From the NCBI GenBank assembly GCA_016789445.1, contig JAEUQT010000001.1, positions 195,603 to 259,602 of the forward strand: a stretch of DNA of 64,000 bases, given 5' to 3'. The translations under genes and the position numbers were made by a program. Under the pieces are notes generated by a model. It was given only the letters and a program-made list of their open reading frames with translations, was not told the origin of the DNA and did no database searches. This stretch comes from a bacterium. Its GTDB lineage: Bacteria > Patescibacteriota > Minisyncoccia > Phycocordibacterales > UBA2100. Shown piece after piece: positions 16,027-24,389 of the stretch (position 1 is its first letter; the number at the start of each line of letters is the position of its first letter).

Positions 16027-16422
16027 TTACCAGATTTCGAAGAGGGCTTCACCGCCGACCTTCTCCTTGCGTGCTTCAAGACCGGTCTTGATACCCTTCG
16101 GCGTCGAGAGGATGAGGTGACCGTGACCGTAGCGGACAGGGACGATTTCGCTCACCGAGCGGTAGAGGCGGCGGCCCGGCTTCGAGACGCGCTTCGCACC
16201 GTTGATGACCGGCTTGCCTGCTGCGTCGTACTTAAGCGTGATGTCGAGGGTCTTCTTGACCTTCTTACCTTTCTTCTCGATACCACCGACGAGGCCGATG
16301 GCCTTGAGCTTCTCGACGATCGCGAGCTTGTACATGGAAAACGGGACAGACACGGTGGTCTGCTTCACAGCGCCGGCATTCTGCAGGCGGTTGATGAGAT
16401 CTCCGACAGGGTCAGTAATCAT
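16027..16422 (-). CDS. rpsH: 30S ribosomal protein S8
   Basis: 131 aa; MITDPVGDLINRLQNA ... HGHLILSTPKGI. Confidence 0.95.
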   Translation of the reverse strand: MITDPVGDLINRLQNAGAVKQTTVSVPFSMYKLAIVEKLKAIGLVGGIEKKGKKVKKTLDITLKYDAAGKPVINGAKRVSKPGRRLYRSVSEIVPVRYGHGHLILSTPKGIKTGLEARKEKVGGEALFEIW

Positions 16423-16428
16423 ACGGAA

Positions 16429-16614
16429 TTACCAAGAGGACTTCTTAACGCCCGGGATGTTGCCCTCAAGCGCCTCCTCGCGGAAGCAGATGCGGCAGAG
16501 GTTGAAATCGCGCATGAAGCCACGCGGACGGCCGCACTTGAAGCAGCGGCGTACGGTACGCGAAGAGAACTTCGGCGTACGGTTAGCTTTCACGATCATC
16601 GATTTCTTGGCCAT
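16429..16614 (-). CDS. rpsZ: 30S ribosomal protein S14, type Z (Zn-ribbon)
   Basis: 61 aa; [46 protein letters not shown], with a C-x2-C ... C-x2-C pattern. Confidence 0.9.
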   Translation of the reverse strand: MAKKSMIVKANRTPKFSSRTVRRCFKCGRPRGFMRDFNLCRICFREEALEGNIPGVKKSSW

Positions 16615-16800
16615 AGATAAAAGATTGGTTGTAAGCCTGAGGAGTGTTTCGAGGCCTGCACCCGGGCTTCCGCCGTGGGTTATGGACTCCCGATTCGTGG
16701 CCTAGATTCTGGCAGTTTCCTCAGGTTCCCCCTCGGACTTACTCAAACTCAGGCCCCCTACGAGGCCCGTGCATACTACCCCCTGAGGGGGCCTAAGTCA

Positions 16801-16834
16801 AATAAAAGAAAAAGCCGCGTTAAGGCACGCGGCG
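16801..16834 (-). terminator. intrinsic terminator after secreted-protein gene 16854..17246
   Basis: Minus strand reads GCCGCGU-GCCUUA-ACGCGGC followed by UUUUUCUUUUAUUUG. Confidence 0.55.
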
Positions 16835-16853
16835 AGCCAGTGTAGGGTGCGAA

Positions 16854-17246
16854 TTAGCACCAGTCGCGGTAGTGGGCCGAGATGAGGGTCCGTACGAGGG
16901 TCGGACTCTTGAACTCCCAGATCTGGACGACAAGAGCGTCGTTGTCCTGGTCGTGCTTCACCTCGGTGGAGATCTTCCGCGCGGTGCCGCCGGAAGCCAT
17001 GAAGCACGATTGGTCGTGCCGACGGCCATTGACGTAATTGACCGACTCGCGCGGACTGAAGCCCTCGGTCGCTTGATAGTACGCGACCGCGATCGCCGCT
17101 TCCATGCTGTTGCAGACAGGGCCGGAGATCGCGAACGAATCCGAACCATCGTTCGCCGCACGCATGGTGAAGCCGCAGACGCTCTGCGCGAACGCGCTCG
17201 TCGAAAGACACGCCGCGAGAGCCGCGCCCAACAGAAGACTTTTCAT
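16854..17246 (-). CDS. secreted Cys-containing hypothetical protein
   Basis: Signal peptide MKSLLLGAALAACLSTSAFAQ and six Cys. Co-inserted with retropepsin module B between rplE and rpsZ. Confidence 0.5.
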   Translation of the reverse strand: MKSLLLGAALAACLSTSAFAQSVCGFTMRAANDGSDSFAISGPVCNSMEAAIAVAYYQATEGFSPRESVNYVNGRRHDQSCFMASGGTARKISTEVKHDQDNDALVVQIWEFKSPTLVRTLISAHYRDWC

Positions 17247-17400
17247 CGAACATCCTCCAAAGAACAATCCCCTCGGGATCGAGAGGTGCGGTCAGTATAA
17301 GCGGGACTGAGCGACGCACTATTCCCTCGTGTGAATATGCATTGCCCAATCGATTGCGTGCGCGTATGGTGTATAGAGACTGGTCATTAAGGAGGTTCAC

Positions 17401-17643
17401 ATGAGCCAGAAAGGTGAAGAGATCCGGCAAAAGGGCGAGCGTATCTATCGACGCCTCAAGCCGAAGCTGGAACCGAAGCTCAACGGCAAGGTCATCATCA
17501 TCGACGTCACTACAGGCTTATACGTTCTGGGAGATGATATCTATGAGGCCGGCCCTGCGTTCAAGCACCTCTTCGGCAACAAGACTAAAGGATATGGGCG
17601 GAAAATCGGCCCCGATCCTTATACGCAACGGGTCGGCGCATGA
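17401..17643 (+). CDS. small partner protein of retropepsin module, copy B
   Basis: 80 aa; EIRQKGERIYRRLKPKLEPKLNGKVIIIDVTTGLYVLGDDIYE ... FGNKTKGYGRKIG. AAGGAGG lies 7 nt upstream of the ATG. Paralog of 12164..12412. Confidence 0.6.
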   Translation: MSQKGEEIRQKGERIYRRLKPKLEPKLNGKVIIIDVTTGLYVLGDDIYEAGPAFKHLFGNKTKGYGRKIGPDPYTQRVGA

Positions 17644-18011
17644 GACATGCATTCGATCCGATATTCTCGCGGCCGCTTATCATCATCGAATGCAATAAGC
17701 GGCCGCTTCGCTGCATCTTGGATACGGGCTACGCTGGCACTTTGTGGATGGGAAAGAGTATCGCCGACCGGTATGGGATTCTGACTGAAGAACCTGTTTA
17801 CTTCGCAAAAACCGCAAGCGGCGCCGACGCTGAATTCCAGCAAGGATATGCTCGCATCTTGATCGATCCCGTACTATTCGAAAACCTGCCGATCGATGTG
17901 TTTGAAGGCGCTCACGTAGAATACGCCCTGCTCGGCACGCGAGTATTACATAACTTCCGCGTAATCCTTGATTTCAAAGATGCCTTCACTGATCTGCAGT
18001 ATATCGATTAG
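17640..18011 (+). CDS. retropepsin-like (clan AA) aspartic protease, copy B (canonical DTG)
   Basis: 123 aa; LRCILDTGYAGTLWMG (D-T-G-A/Y) and ALLGTRVLHNFRVILDF (retropepsin IIGR-like). The ATG overlaps the upstream stop (ATGA). Confidence 0.65.
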   Translation: MRHAFDPIFSRPLIIIECNKRPLRCILDTGYAGTLWMGKSIADRYGILTEEPVYFAKTASGADAEFQQGYARILIDPVLFENLPIDVFEGAHVEYALLGTRVLHNFRVILDFKDAFTDLQYID

Positions 18012-18020
18012 AAAAATCAA

Positions 18021-18053
18021 AAGACCACTCTCGCGAGTGGTCTTTTCTTTCTT
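18021..18053. terminator. bidirectional terminator between retropepsin B and rplE
   Basis: AAGACCACUC-UCGC-GAGUGGUCUU flanked by an A-run upstream and UUUCUUUCUU downstream. The two genes are convergent. Confidence 0.7.
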
Positions 18054-18594
18054 ACGCTTTGAGCGGGAGGCCGATGTGTCGGAGGAAGGCTTCTGCTTCC
18101 TTCTTGGTCTTCGCGGTCGTCGTGATGGTGACTGCGAGGCCGAAGAGATCTTTCGCTTCTTCGTCTGCCGTTTCCGGGAAGACGGTGTGCTCCTTGAGGC
18201 CGATGGTGATGTTCCCCATCTCGTCGATAGCCTTCGCGTTGAGGCCGCGGAAGTCACGGACGCGCGGAAAGACGATGTTGTTGAGCTTATCGAGGAAGGA
18301 GTACATGCGAGCACCACGGAGCGTAACCATGTAGCCAGCGAGATCGCCGCGGCGGGTCTTGAAGGTCGCGATGGACTTGGTCGTCGAACGAGGAGCCGGC
18401 TGCTGACCGACGATCTTGGTGAGGCGATCGAGGATGAGCTCGCGCTTCTTCTTGTCGTGGACGGAGCCGACGCCGGTGGAGACGACGACCTTCTGGATGC
18501 GTGGAGCCTGCATCGCGCTGGTGTAGGAGAAATCTCCCTTCATCGCGGCGAATGCGCCCTGTGCCTTTTCCTTAACGGTGTGAGTTGTTGCCAT
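18052..18594 (-). CDS. rplE: 50S ribosomal protein L5
   Basis: 180 aa; QKVVVSTGVGSVHDKKKRELILDRL ... GYMVTLRGARMYSFLDKL ... GNITIGLKEH. Confidence 0.95.
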   Translation of the reverse strand: MATTHTVKEKAQGAFAAMKGDFSYTSAMQAPRIQKVVVSTGVGSVHDKKKRELILDRLTKIVGQQPAPRSTTKSIATFKTRRGDLAGYMVTLRGARMYSFLDKLNNIVFPRVRDFRGLNAKAIDEMGNITIGLKEHTVFPETADEEAKDLFGLAVTITTTAKTKKEAEAFLRHIGLPLKA

Positions 18595-18598
18595 AAAA

Positions 18599-18907
18599 TT
18601 AGAGGTTCGAACCGCTCTTTACTGCGACGCGCTGGCGCGAGCCATCCTTGCCGCGGGTGATCTTGATGCGGGACGGCTTGCCATCCTTCGGATCCATGAC
18701 AGCGACGTTGGAAATGTGGATCGGCATCACCTTGTCGATGATCTGACCCTTACCGCTCGTGCGAGTAGCCTTGCGGTGCTTCTTCACCATGTTGACGCCG
18801 TCGATGACGACCGCGTCGTGCTTAGGAAGGACGCGCACGACCGTGCCCGTGTTTCCCTTGTTCTTTCCGGCGATGACGATCACCTTGTCTCCTTTCTTGA
18901 TCTTCAT
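18599..18907 (-). CDS. rplX: 50S ribosomal protein L24
   Basis: Start at internal MKIKKGDKVIVIAGKNKGNTGTVVRVLPK (KOW motif). The upstream part of the ORF is a Ser/Arg-rich out-of-gene extension. Confidence 0.9.
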   Translation of the reverse strand: MKIKKGDKVIVIAGKNKGNTGTVVRVLPKHDAVVIDGVNMVKKHRKATRTSGKGQIIDKVMPIHISNVAVMDPKDGKPSRIKITRGKDGSRQRVAVKSGSNL

Positions 18908-18911
18908 ATAG

Positions 18912-19292
18912 TTAGACGATTTCCGGTGCCAAGGTACCGATGCGCTGATAGCCACGCTCGACGACTTCGCGCGGGATCGGACCGAACACACGGGATGCCT
19001 TCGGCTCCTTCGGGTCCTTACCGGAACCGGTGATGAGGACGACGGCGTTGTCATCGAAGCGGATGTAGCTGCCATCCTTGCGGCGCATAGCCTTGGTCTG
19101 GCGGACGACGACTGCCTTGTGCACTTCCTTCTTCTTCACGGCCTTGCGCGGCTGTGCGGTCTGGATGGAGATGACGACCTGGTCGCCGACCTGTGCGTAG
19201 CGCTTCTTGGAACCGCCGAGCACCTTGAAGATGCGTCCGATTTGTCCTCCGGAGTTGTCTGCGATCTTTACGAGTGTGCGGTCCTGAATCAT
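18912..19292 (-). CDS. rplN: 50S ribosomal protein L14
   Basis: MIQDRTLVKIADNSGGQIGRIFKVLGGSKKRYAQVGDQVV ... canonical L14. Confidence 0.95.
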   Translation of the reverse strand: MIQDRTLVKIADNSGGQIGRIFKVLGGSKKRYAQVGDQVVISIQTAQPRKAVKKKEVHKAVVVRQTKAMRRKDGSYIRFDDNAVVLITGSGKDPKEPKASRVFGPIPREVVERGYQRIGTLAPEIV

Positions 19293-19299
19293 ATAGGTA

Positions 19300-19542
19300 T
19301 TACTTCACGATCTCGAAGTGCTTGCGCTTGGACATCGGCTTGATCTCGCGGATAGCGACCTTGGTGCCGACCGCAACCTCATTGCCTGCGTCGTGGACGA
19401 GGAACTTCTTGGTCTTGAGCATGAACTTCTGGTACTTCGGATGCTTCTCGTAGCGGGAAACAGCCACCGTTGCGGTGTCCTTCATAGCCGACTTCACGAC
19501 GACGCCGTGGAGGATCTTTCCGTTGTTGGTTTTGGTTTCCAT
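19300..19542 (-). CDS. rpsQ: 30S ribosomal protein S17
   Basis: 80 aa; GKILHGVVVKSAMKDTATVAVSRYEKHPKYQKFMLKTKKFLVHD. Confidence 0.95.
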   Translation of the reverse strand: METKTNNGKILHGVVVKSAMKDTATVAVSRYEKHPKYQKFMLKTKKFLVHDAGNEVAVGTKVAIREIKPMSKRKHFEIVK

Positions 19543-19561
19543 ATCTTAAAGTCGGCGCATC

Positions 19562-19765
19562 TTAGCCGTTTTTCTTCGAATTAGCAATCGTGCGGGCTTT
19601 GAGTTCGGTGAGCATGCGGGCGATCTCGTGGCGGAGGTTGCGGCCCTCGCGGACATTGCGGGTGCGGGAACCTGCGCCGCCGAAGCGGAACACACGAAGC
19701 GCCTCGCGCTTCTCCGCGATCTCCTTCTGCAAATCTTCTGCTGATTTCTTAGTGATGTCTGCCAT
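19562..19765 (-). CDS. rpmC: 50S ribosomal protein L29
   Basis: 67 aa; DLQKEIAEKREALRVFRF. Sits between rplP and rpsQ. Confidence 0.9.
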   Translation of the reverse strand: MADITKKSAEDLQKEIAEKREALRVFRFGGAGSRTRNVREGRNLRHEIARMLTELKARTIANSKKNG

Positions 19766-19772
19766 ATGCGTA

Positions 19773-20195
19773 TTACTGACGTGCGATGACGCGGGTCTTC
19801 AACGGGAGCTTGGTGCCTGCCTTGCGGAGTGCTTCGCGAGCCATCGCCTCAGGTGCGCCGTCGACTTCGAAGATGACGCGGCCCGGACGGACGTCGAAGA
19901 CGTAGCCCTGCACATCACCCTTCCCCGAACCCATGCCGACTTCTGCAGCCTTCTGAGTAAAAGGACGGTCGGGGAAGACGCGGATCCAGATCTTCGCGGT
20001 CTTGCCTGCAGCGCGCGAGAGCGCGCGGCGAGCAGCTTCGATCTGGTTCGACGTGACGCGAGCCTGACTCGTCGCCTTGATGCCGAATGAACCGAATGCC
20101 ACGGTGATACCGCGGGTCTCAGGCTTTACGAGTCGCGCGTTGCGGCGGCGACCGGTCTGCCACTTACGATGCTTGGTTTTCTTAGGAGTCAACAT
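19773..20195 (-). CDS. rplP: 50S ribosomal protein L16
   Basis: MLTPKKTKHRKWQTGRRR ... RQAIEAARRALSRA-like core. Confidence 0.95.
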   Translation of the reverse strand: MLTPKKTKHRKWQTGRRRNARLVKPETRGITVAFGSFGIKATSQARVTSNQIEAARRALSRAAGKTAKIWIRVFPDRPFTQKAAEVGMGSGKGDVQGYVFDVRPGRVIFEVDGAPEAMAREALRKAGTKLPLKTRVIARQ

Positions 20196-20205
20196 ACGGT
20201 TTCAA

Positions 20206-20883
20206 TTATGCGCGTGCGCCTTTCTTGTCGTCGAAGATATCGCCGCGGTAGATCCAGACCTTGATACCGATGACACCATACGGGAGATATGCATTCTCAC
20301 GGCAGAAGTCGATGTCGGCGCGGATGGTCTGAAGCGGGACGCGGCCACGCTTGATCTCTTCCTGGCGGGACATCTCAGCGCCGCCGAGGCGGCCGGAGAG
20401 CGCGATGCGCACACCCTGGACGTCACGGTTTGCCATGACCTTCTCGACGGTCTGCTTGAGGACGCGACGGAACGTCTGGCGCTTTTCGAGGCCTTCCGCG
20501 ATCATGTACGCGACGACCGGAGCCTGCGATTCAGGAGAGCGGACTTCTTCGATGTCGAGTTTGACCGGAAGCTTCGGTGCACCCTTCACGGACTGTGCGA
20601 CCTTGGTGATCTCCTTAGTGAGCGTCTGGGAGCCTTCGCCGCCGCGACCGATGACCATACCCGGGCGGGAGGTCTTGATGAGGATGCGGATAGCCTGACG
20701 GGTGCGCTCGATCTCGACCGAAGTGACATACATGCCGCGGAGGCGCTTCTTGAGGAAGCTGCGGATGCGCGTGTCGATCATCACGTTCTGGCGGTACTGG
20801 AGCGGCGTTGCAGCGAACCAGCGCGACTTCCAGTCGCGGATGACGCCGAGGCGATGTGCGTATGGATGTACTGTGTGTGTCAT
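20206..20883 (-). CDS. rpsC: 30S ribosomal protein S3
   Basis: 225 aa; KH domain VTSVEIERTRQAIRILIKTSRPGMVIGRGG; C-terminal GVIGIKVWIYRG. Confidence 0.95.
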   Translation of the reverse strand: MTHTVHPYAHRLGVIRDWKSRWFAATPLQYRQNVMIDTRIRSFLKKRLRGMYVTSVEIERTRQAIRILIKTSRPGMVIGRGGEGSQTLTKEITKVAQSVKGAPKLPVKLDIEEVRSPESQAPVVAYMIAEGLEKRQTFRRVLKQTVEKVMANRDVQGVRIALSGRLGGAEMSRQEEIKRGRVPLQTIRADIDFCRENAYLPYGVIGIKVWIYRGDIFDDKKGARA

Positions 20884-20888
20884 ATAAA

Positions 20889-21329
20889 TTATTCGGCCTT
20901 GGCCTTCTTCTTAGCGGCTTTCTTAGCAGCCGGCTTCTTTTCAACAGCTTCGGCAACCGGAGCTTCAGCCTTTGTCTCCTTCTTTGCAGCCTTCTTCGAA
21001 ACTGCACCTGCAGCGCCGAGCTCGATCTTTACGATCGACATGACGCGGAGGATGCGGCCTGCGCGGCCACGAGCCTTCGGCATGAAGCGCTTGAGGACTG
21101 CTCCCTTGTCGACGGAGATCGACTTCACGACGAGGTCTTCCGGGTTCATCCCCTGCTGACGCGCATTCGCGATAGCAGACGCGAGAAGCTTCTCGAGTTC
21201 AGGAGCAGATTTCTTGGGCGTGAACGCGAGAAGATCGCGCGCGATGAGGACGCGCTTGCCACGGATCATGTCTGCGACGAGGCGGACCTTACGCGGAGAC
21301 TGCTTGAAGTTGGTAAGAAGTGCTTTCAT
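20889..21329 (-). CDS. rplV: 50S ribosomal protein L22 with Lys/Ala-rich C-terminal extension
   Basis: KQSPRKVRLVADMIRGKRVLIARDLLAFTPKKSAPELEKLLASAIANA ... plus a KKAAKKETKAEAP ... AKKKAKAE tail. Confidence 0.9.
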   Translation of the reverse strand: MKALLTNFKQSPRKVRLVADMIRGKRVLIARDLLAFTPKKSAPELEKLLASAIANARQQGMNPEDLVVKSISVDKGAVLKRFMPKARGRAGRILRVMSIVKIELGAAGAVSKKAAKKETKAEAPVAEAVEKKPAAKKAAKKKAKAE

Positions 21330-21331
21330 AG

Positions 21332-21673
21332 TTATTTCTTCTTGGCATCAGCGGCGCCCTTTGCAGCCTGTGCAGCAGCGATCTCGCTCTCCTTTGCCTT
21401 CTGTTCGATCTCCTTCTGCATCTTACCGCCGTGACGGCCGAACTTGGTCGTCGGTGCGAATTCGCCGAGGCGGTGACCCACCATGTCTTCGGTGACGAAG
21501 ACTTCGTCGAAGTTCTTGCCGGTGTGCACGAGGAAGGTGAAGCCCACGAATTCCGGAGCGATCTGAGATGAGCGCGCCCACGTCTTAATGCCGCCAGCGC
21601 CCGGCTTGCGTGCCGAGACCTTCTTCATCAACTTCTCGTCGATGTACGGACCTTTCTTAAGTGAGCGTGTCAT
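21332..21673 (-). CDS. rpsS: 30S ribosomal protein S19 with C-terminal extension
   Basis: [19 protein letters not shown] ... [14 protein letters not shown] ... [18 protein letters not shown], plus a [27 protein letters not shown] tail. Confidence 0.9.
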   Translation of the reverse strand: MTRSLKKGPYIDEKLMKKVSARKPGAGGIKTWARSSQIAPEFVGFTFLVHTGKNFDEVFVTEDMVGHRLGEFAPTTKFGRHGGKMQKEIEQKAKESEIAAAQAAKGAADAKKK

Positions 21674-21728
21674 AGTTGTGCGGGGCTACTGTAGCTGGAA
21701 TTTGGCTATAAGTCAAAATATTTTCGCA

Positions 21729-22577
21729 TTATTTCCTCTTGCCGACGCGGCGGCGGCTGACGATGAAGACGTTCGAGTACTTCTTCGGGCGACGAGTCTT
21801 CTGACCCTTGCCAGACGGGCGACCCCAGAGGGTCTTTGCGCGGCGCAAACCGCGACCCTGCTTACCTTCACCTCCACCGTGTGGGTGATCAACCGGGTTC
21901 ATAGCCGTACCGCGGACCGTCGGGCGCTTGCCCATCCAGCGGCTACGTCCTGCCTTACCGATGTTCACGAGGTGATGCTCATCGTTCGAGGCTTCACCGA
22001 CGGTTGCCCATGCACCACCGATGATGCGGCGGACTTCCGTCGACGGCATCTTGAGGTGGGTGTAGCCACCATCCTGTGCGATGACTTCTGCGTAATTACC
22101 TGCAGAGCGGGCGATCTTGCCGCCGTTGCCCGGCTTCACTTCGATGTTGTAGACGAAGGTACCGACCGGCATGTTCTTGAGCGGGAGGCGGTTACCGCGG
22201 GTGACCGGCGCGGTCTCGGAAACGAGGAAGCTATCCCCTACCTGCGCGTTCTTCGGGACGATGATGTAGCGCTTCGCGCCATCTGCGTAGACTGCGAGAC
22301 CGATGAACGCAGAGCGGTTCGGATCGTACTCGATCGTAGTGATCTTCGCTGGGATGTTCTTCTTGTCGAAATTGAAATCGACATCGCGCCAGAGCTGCTT
22401 GTGACCGCCGCCGCGATGGCGCATGGTGATGCGGCCCTGGTTGTTGCGACCGAAGCCGCGCTTGCCGCCGCCCTTGAGTGCCTTGTGCGGCTTGTGGCCG
22501 GAGAGTGCCGCGCGGTAGTTGATGCGCGTCATTGCACGGGAGCTCTTGGTGATCGGACGATAGGTTTTGATAGACAT
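21729..22577 (-). CDS. rplB: 50S ribosomal protein L2
   Basis: 282 aa; GRNNQGRITMRHRGGGHK ... SNDEHHLVNIGKAGRSRWMGKRPTVRGTAMNPVDHPHGGGEGK. Confidence 0.95.
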   Translation of the reverse strand: MSIKTYRPITKSSRAMTRINYRAALSGHKPHKALKGGGKRGFGRNNQGRITMRHRGGGHKQLWRDVDFNFDKKNIPAKITTIEYDPNRSAFIGLAVYADGAKRYIIVPKNAQVGDSFLVSETAPVTRGNRLPLKNMPVGTFVYNIEVKPGNGGKIARSAGNYAEVIAQDGGYTHLKMPSTEVRRIIGGAWATVGEASNDEHHLVNIGKAGRSRWMGKRPTVRGTAMNPVDHPHGGGEGKQGRGLRRAKTLWGRPSGKGQKTRRPKKYSNVFIVSRRRVGKRK

Positions 22578-22582
22578 ACGCG

Positions 22583-22960
22583 TTACGAGATTGTGATAGT
22601 CGTGCCCTTCGCGAGGTAGACGTACGCCTTCTTGCCACCCTGCTTCGTGCCGTACTTACCGGTGCGCATATTGCGGACCGTCTTCGGGTGGATGGTGACG
22701 ATGCGGACCTGACGAGGCTTCACCTTGTAGGTAGCTTCGATCGCGGATGCGATCTGCTTCTTGTTCGCCGAGGTAGCGACGTCGAAGACGTAGACGCTGT
22801 TCGCGGATGCGAAGGTCGCCTTCTCGGTGATGCGCGGATTCATGAGCACGTGTGCGTACGTGTTCTTCATTGCCGGGACAGAAGCCGCTGCTACCGCCTT
22901 GGTTTCCTTCGGCGCAGCTGCCTTCTTGGTTGCTTTGGTGTTACGAGAAAAGAGTGCCAT
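22583..22960 (-). CDS. rplW: 50S ribosomal protein L23
   Basis: LMNPRITEKATFASANSVYVFDVATSANKKQIASAIEATYKVKPRQVRIV, with a basic N-terminal extension. Confidence 0.9.
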   Translation of the reverse strand: MALFSRNTKATKKAAAPKETKAVAAASVPAMKNTYAHVLMNPRITEKATFASANSVYVFDVATSANKKQIASAIEATYKVKPRQVRIVTIHPKTVRNMRTGKYGTKQGGKKAYVYLAKGTTITIS

Positions 22961-22965
22961 ATGCG

Positions 22966-23637
22966 TTAGTTAGATGCCTTCTTCGGAGCGCGGTGCGCGA
23001 GGATCGCGACAGCAGCATCCGGATTTTCGATGACGATGTAGGTGTGCTTGAGGACCGCGACCGGATTGAGATCCTTCACGGAGCTCGAAACGACGTTGCC
23101 GATGTTACGGAAGCTCTTCGAGGATGCCTCCTTCGCATCCGAGAATGCGACGAGAGCGGCGTTCTTCTTCTTTGCGGAGAGCTTGGTGAAATCCTTCGAG
23201 AGTGCGACGAGGGTCTTCTTTGCAGATGCAGTGGACGGCTTCTCGATTCCGAAGGAATCGACGAAGACGATCTCACCTGCGGCGAGCTTCTTGGAGAGCG
23301 CCATGAAGAGTGCCTTTGCGCGCATCTTCGCTGGGATGGTACGCGCAAAGATCTTCTCGTTGCGAGGACCGTGGGTCACACCGCCGCCCTTCCAGATCGG
23401 AGAACGGGACGAACCGTGACGAGCGCGGCCGGTACCCTTCTGCTTCCACGGCTTGCGACCGCCACCGCGGACGTCGCCGCGACCCTTCGTGTGCGCCACG
23501 TTGGTGCGTGCGTTGTCCTGCATCGAGGTGACGACCTGGTGCATGAGCGAGTCATTCCATTCGACACCGAAGATGTTCTCCGGAAGTTCGACGGAACCTG
23601 CCTTCTTACCCTGTGCGTTGTAGATGTCGGTTTTCAT
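22966..23637 (-). CDS. rplD: 50S ribosomal protein L4
   Basis: Start at internal MKTDIYNAQGKKAGSVELPENIFGVEWNDSLMHQVV ... GGGRKPWKQKGTGRARHGSSRSPIWKGGG. Confidence 0.9.
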   Translation of the reverse strand: MKTDIYNAQGKKAGSVELPENIFGVEWNDSLMHQVVTSMQDNARTNVAHTKGRGDVRGGGRKPWKQKGTGRARHGSSRSPIWKGGGVTHGPRNEKIFARTIPAKMRAKALFMALSKKLAAGEIVFVDSFGIEKPSTASAKKTLVALSKDFTKLSAKKKNAALVAFSDAKEASSKSFRNIGNVVSSSVKDLNPVAVLKHTYIVIENPDAAVAILAHRAPKKASN

Positions 23638-23644
23638 AAAATGT

Positions 23645-24253
23645 TTAGCCACGGATTTCGACAAGCGTACCCGGGCGACCTGGGATAGCACCGGAGATCA
23701 TAAGCGTATTGTTTGCGGCATCGATCTTGAGGACCTTGAGGTTCTTGACCGTGATGCGATCGCCGCCCATGCGTCCCGCCATGCGCATACCCTTCACGAC
23801 GCGACCACCTGCACGACCACCGCCACCGATGCTGCCCGGTGCGCGCTCCTTGTTCTTCTGACCGTGCGAGCGAGGACCTCCCTTGAAACCATGGCGCTTA
23901 ACGACGCCCTGGAAGCCCTTACCCTTCGAGATTGCAGAGACCGCAACGACATCACCTTCCGTGAAGTTCGAGACGTCGATGGTTGCACCGCGCTCCGAAG
24001 CTTCGGTCGTGCGGTATTCGCGGATGTGGCGGACAGCGCCCAAATCCTTGAGATGGCCCTTTACCGGTGCGGAGAGGTTCTTCTCCTTGCGCTCCCCTGC
24101 GCCTACCTGGATAGCCTGGTAGCCGTCCTTCTCGATGGTCTTCACCTGGGTCACCTTCATCGGGGTAGCAGTGATGATCGTCACCGCAGAAACGGTGCCT
24201 TTGTCATCGAATATCTGGGTCATACGACCCTTCACGCCGAGCATGAATTTCAT
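23645..24253 (-). CDS. rplC: 50S ribosomal protein L3
   Basis: MKFMLGVKGRMTQIFDDKGTVSAVTII ... KGKGFQGVVKRHGFKGGPRSHGQK. Confidence 0.95.
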   Translation of the reverse strand: MKFMLGVKGRMTQIFDDKGTVSAVTIITATPMKVTQVKTIEKDGYQAIQVGAGERKEKNLSAPVKGHLKDLGAVRHIREYRTTEASERGATIDVSNFTEGDVVAVSAISKGKGFQGVVKRHGFKGGPRSHGQKNKERAPGSIGGGGRAGGRVVKGMRMAGRMGGDRITVKNLKVLKIDAANNTLMISGAIPGRPGTLVEIRG

Positions 24254-24290
24254 AGTTTTTGAATGAAAAAACCGCGCACTAGCGCGGGAT
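24254..24290 (-). promoter_or_regulatory. terminator-like hairpin plus U6 tract ending 18 nt upstream of the rplC start codon (leader/attenuator-like)
   Basis: Minus strand reads CCGCGC-UAGU-GCGCGG UUUUUUCAUUCAAAAACU AUG. This leaves no room for a promoter between the hairpin and the ATG. Confidence 0.45.
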
Positions 24291-24389
24291 TCTGGGAATT
24301 CCGGGCCAGTGGTCCCTATGGGGACATGGGTGCCTCGTTTGAGGTCGCCGAAATATACACCACACTCTTAGGAAACGCAAATGTCCGGC

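Noticed and set aside
17968-24262. Many long ORFs antisense to the ribosomal protein genes (e.g. 17968..18660, 20077..21159, 21588..22619, 22852..23688, 23624..24262)
   Set aside because: Each overlaps a canonical, highly conserved ribosomal protein gene on the other strand. There are no recognisable motifs and the Arg/Asp/Leu-rich composition is that of GC-rich non-coding frames.
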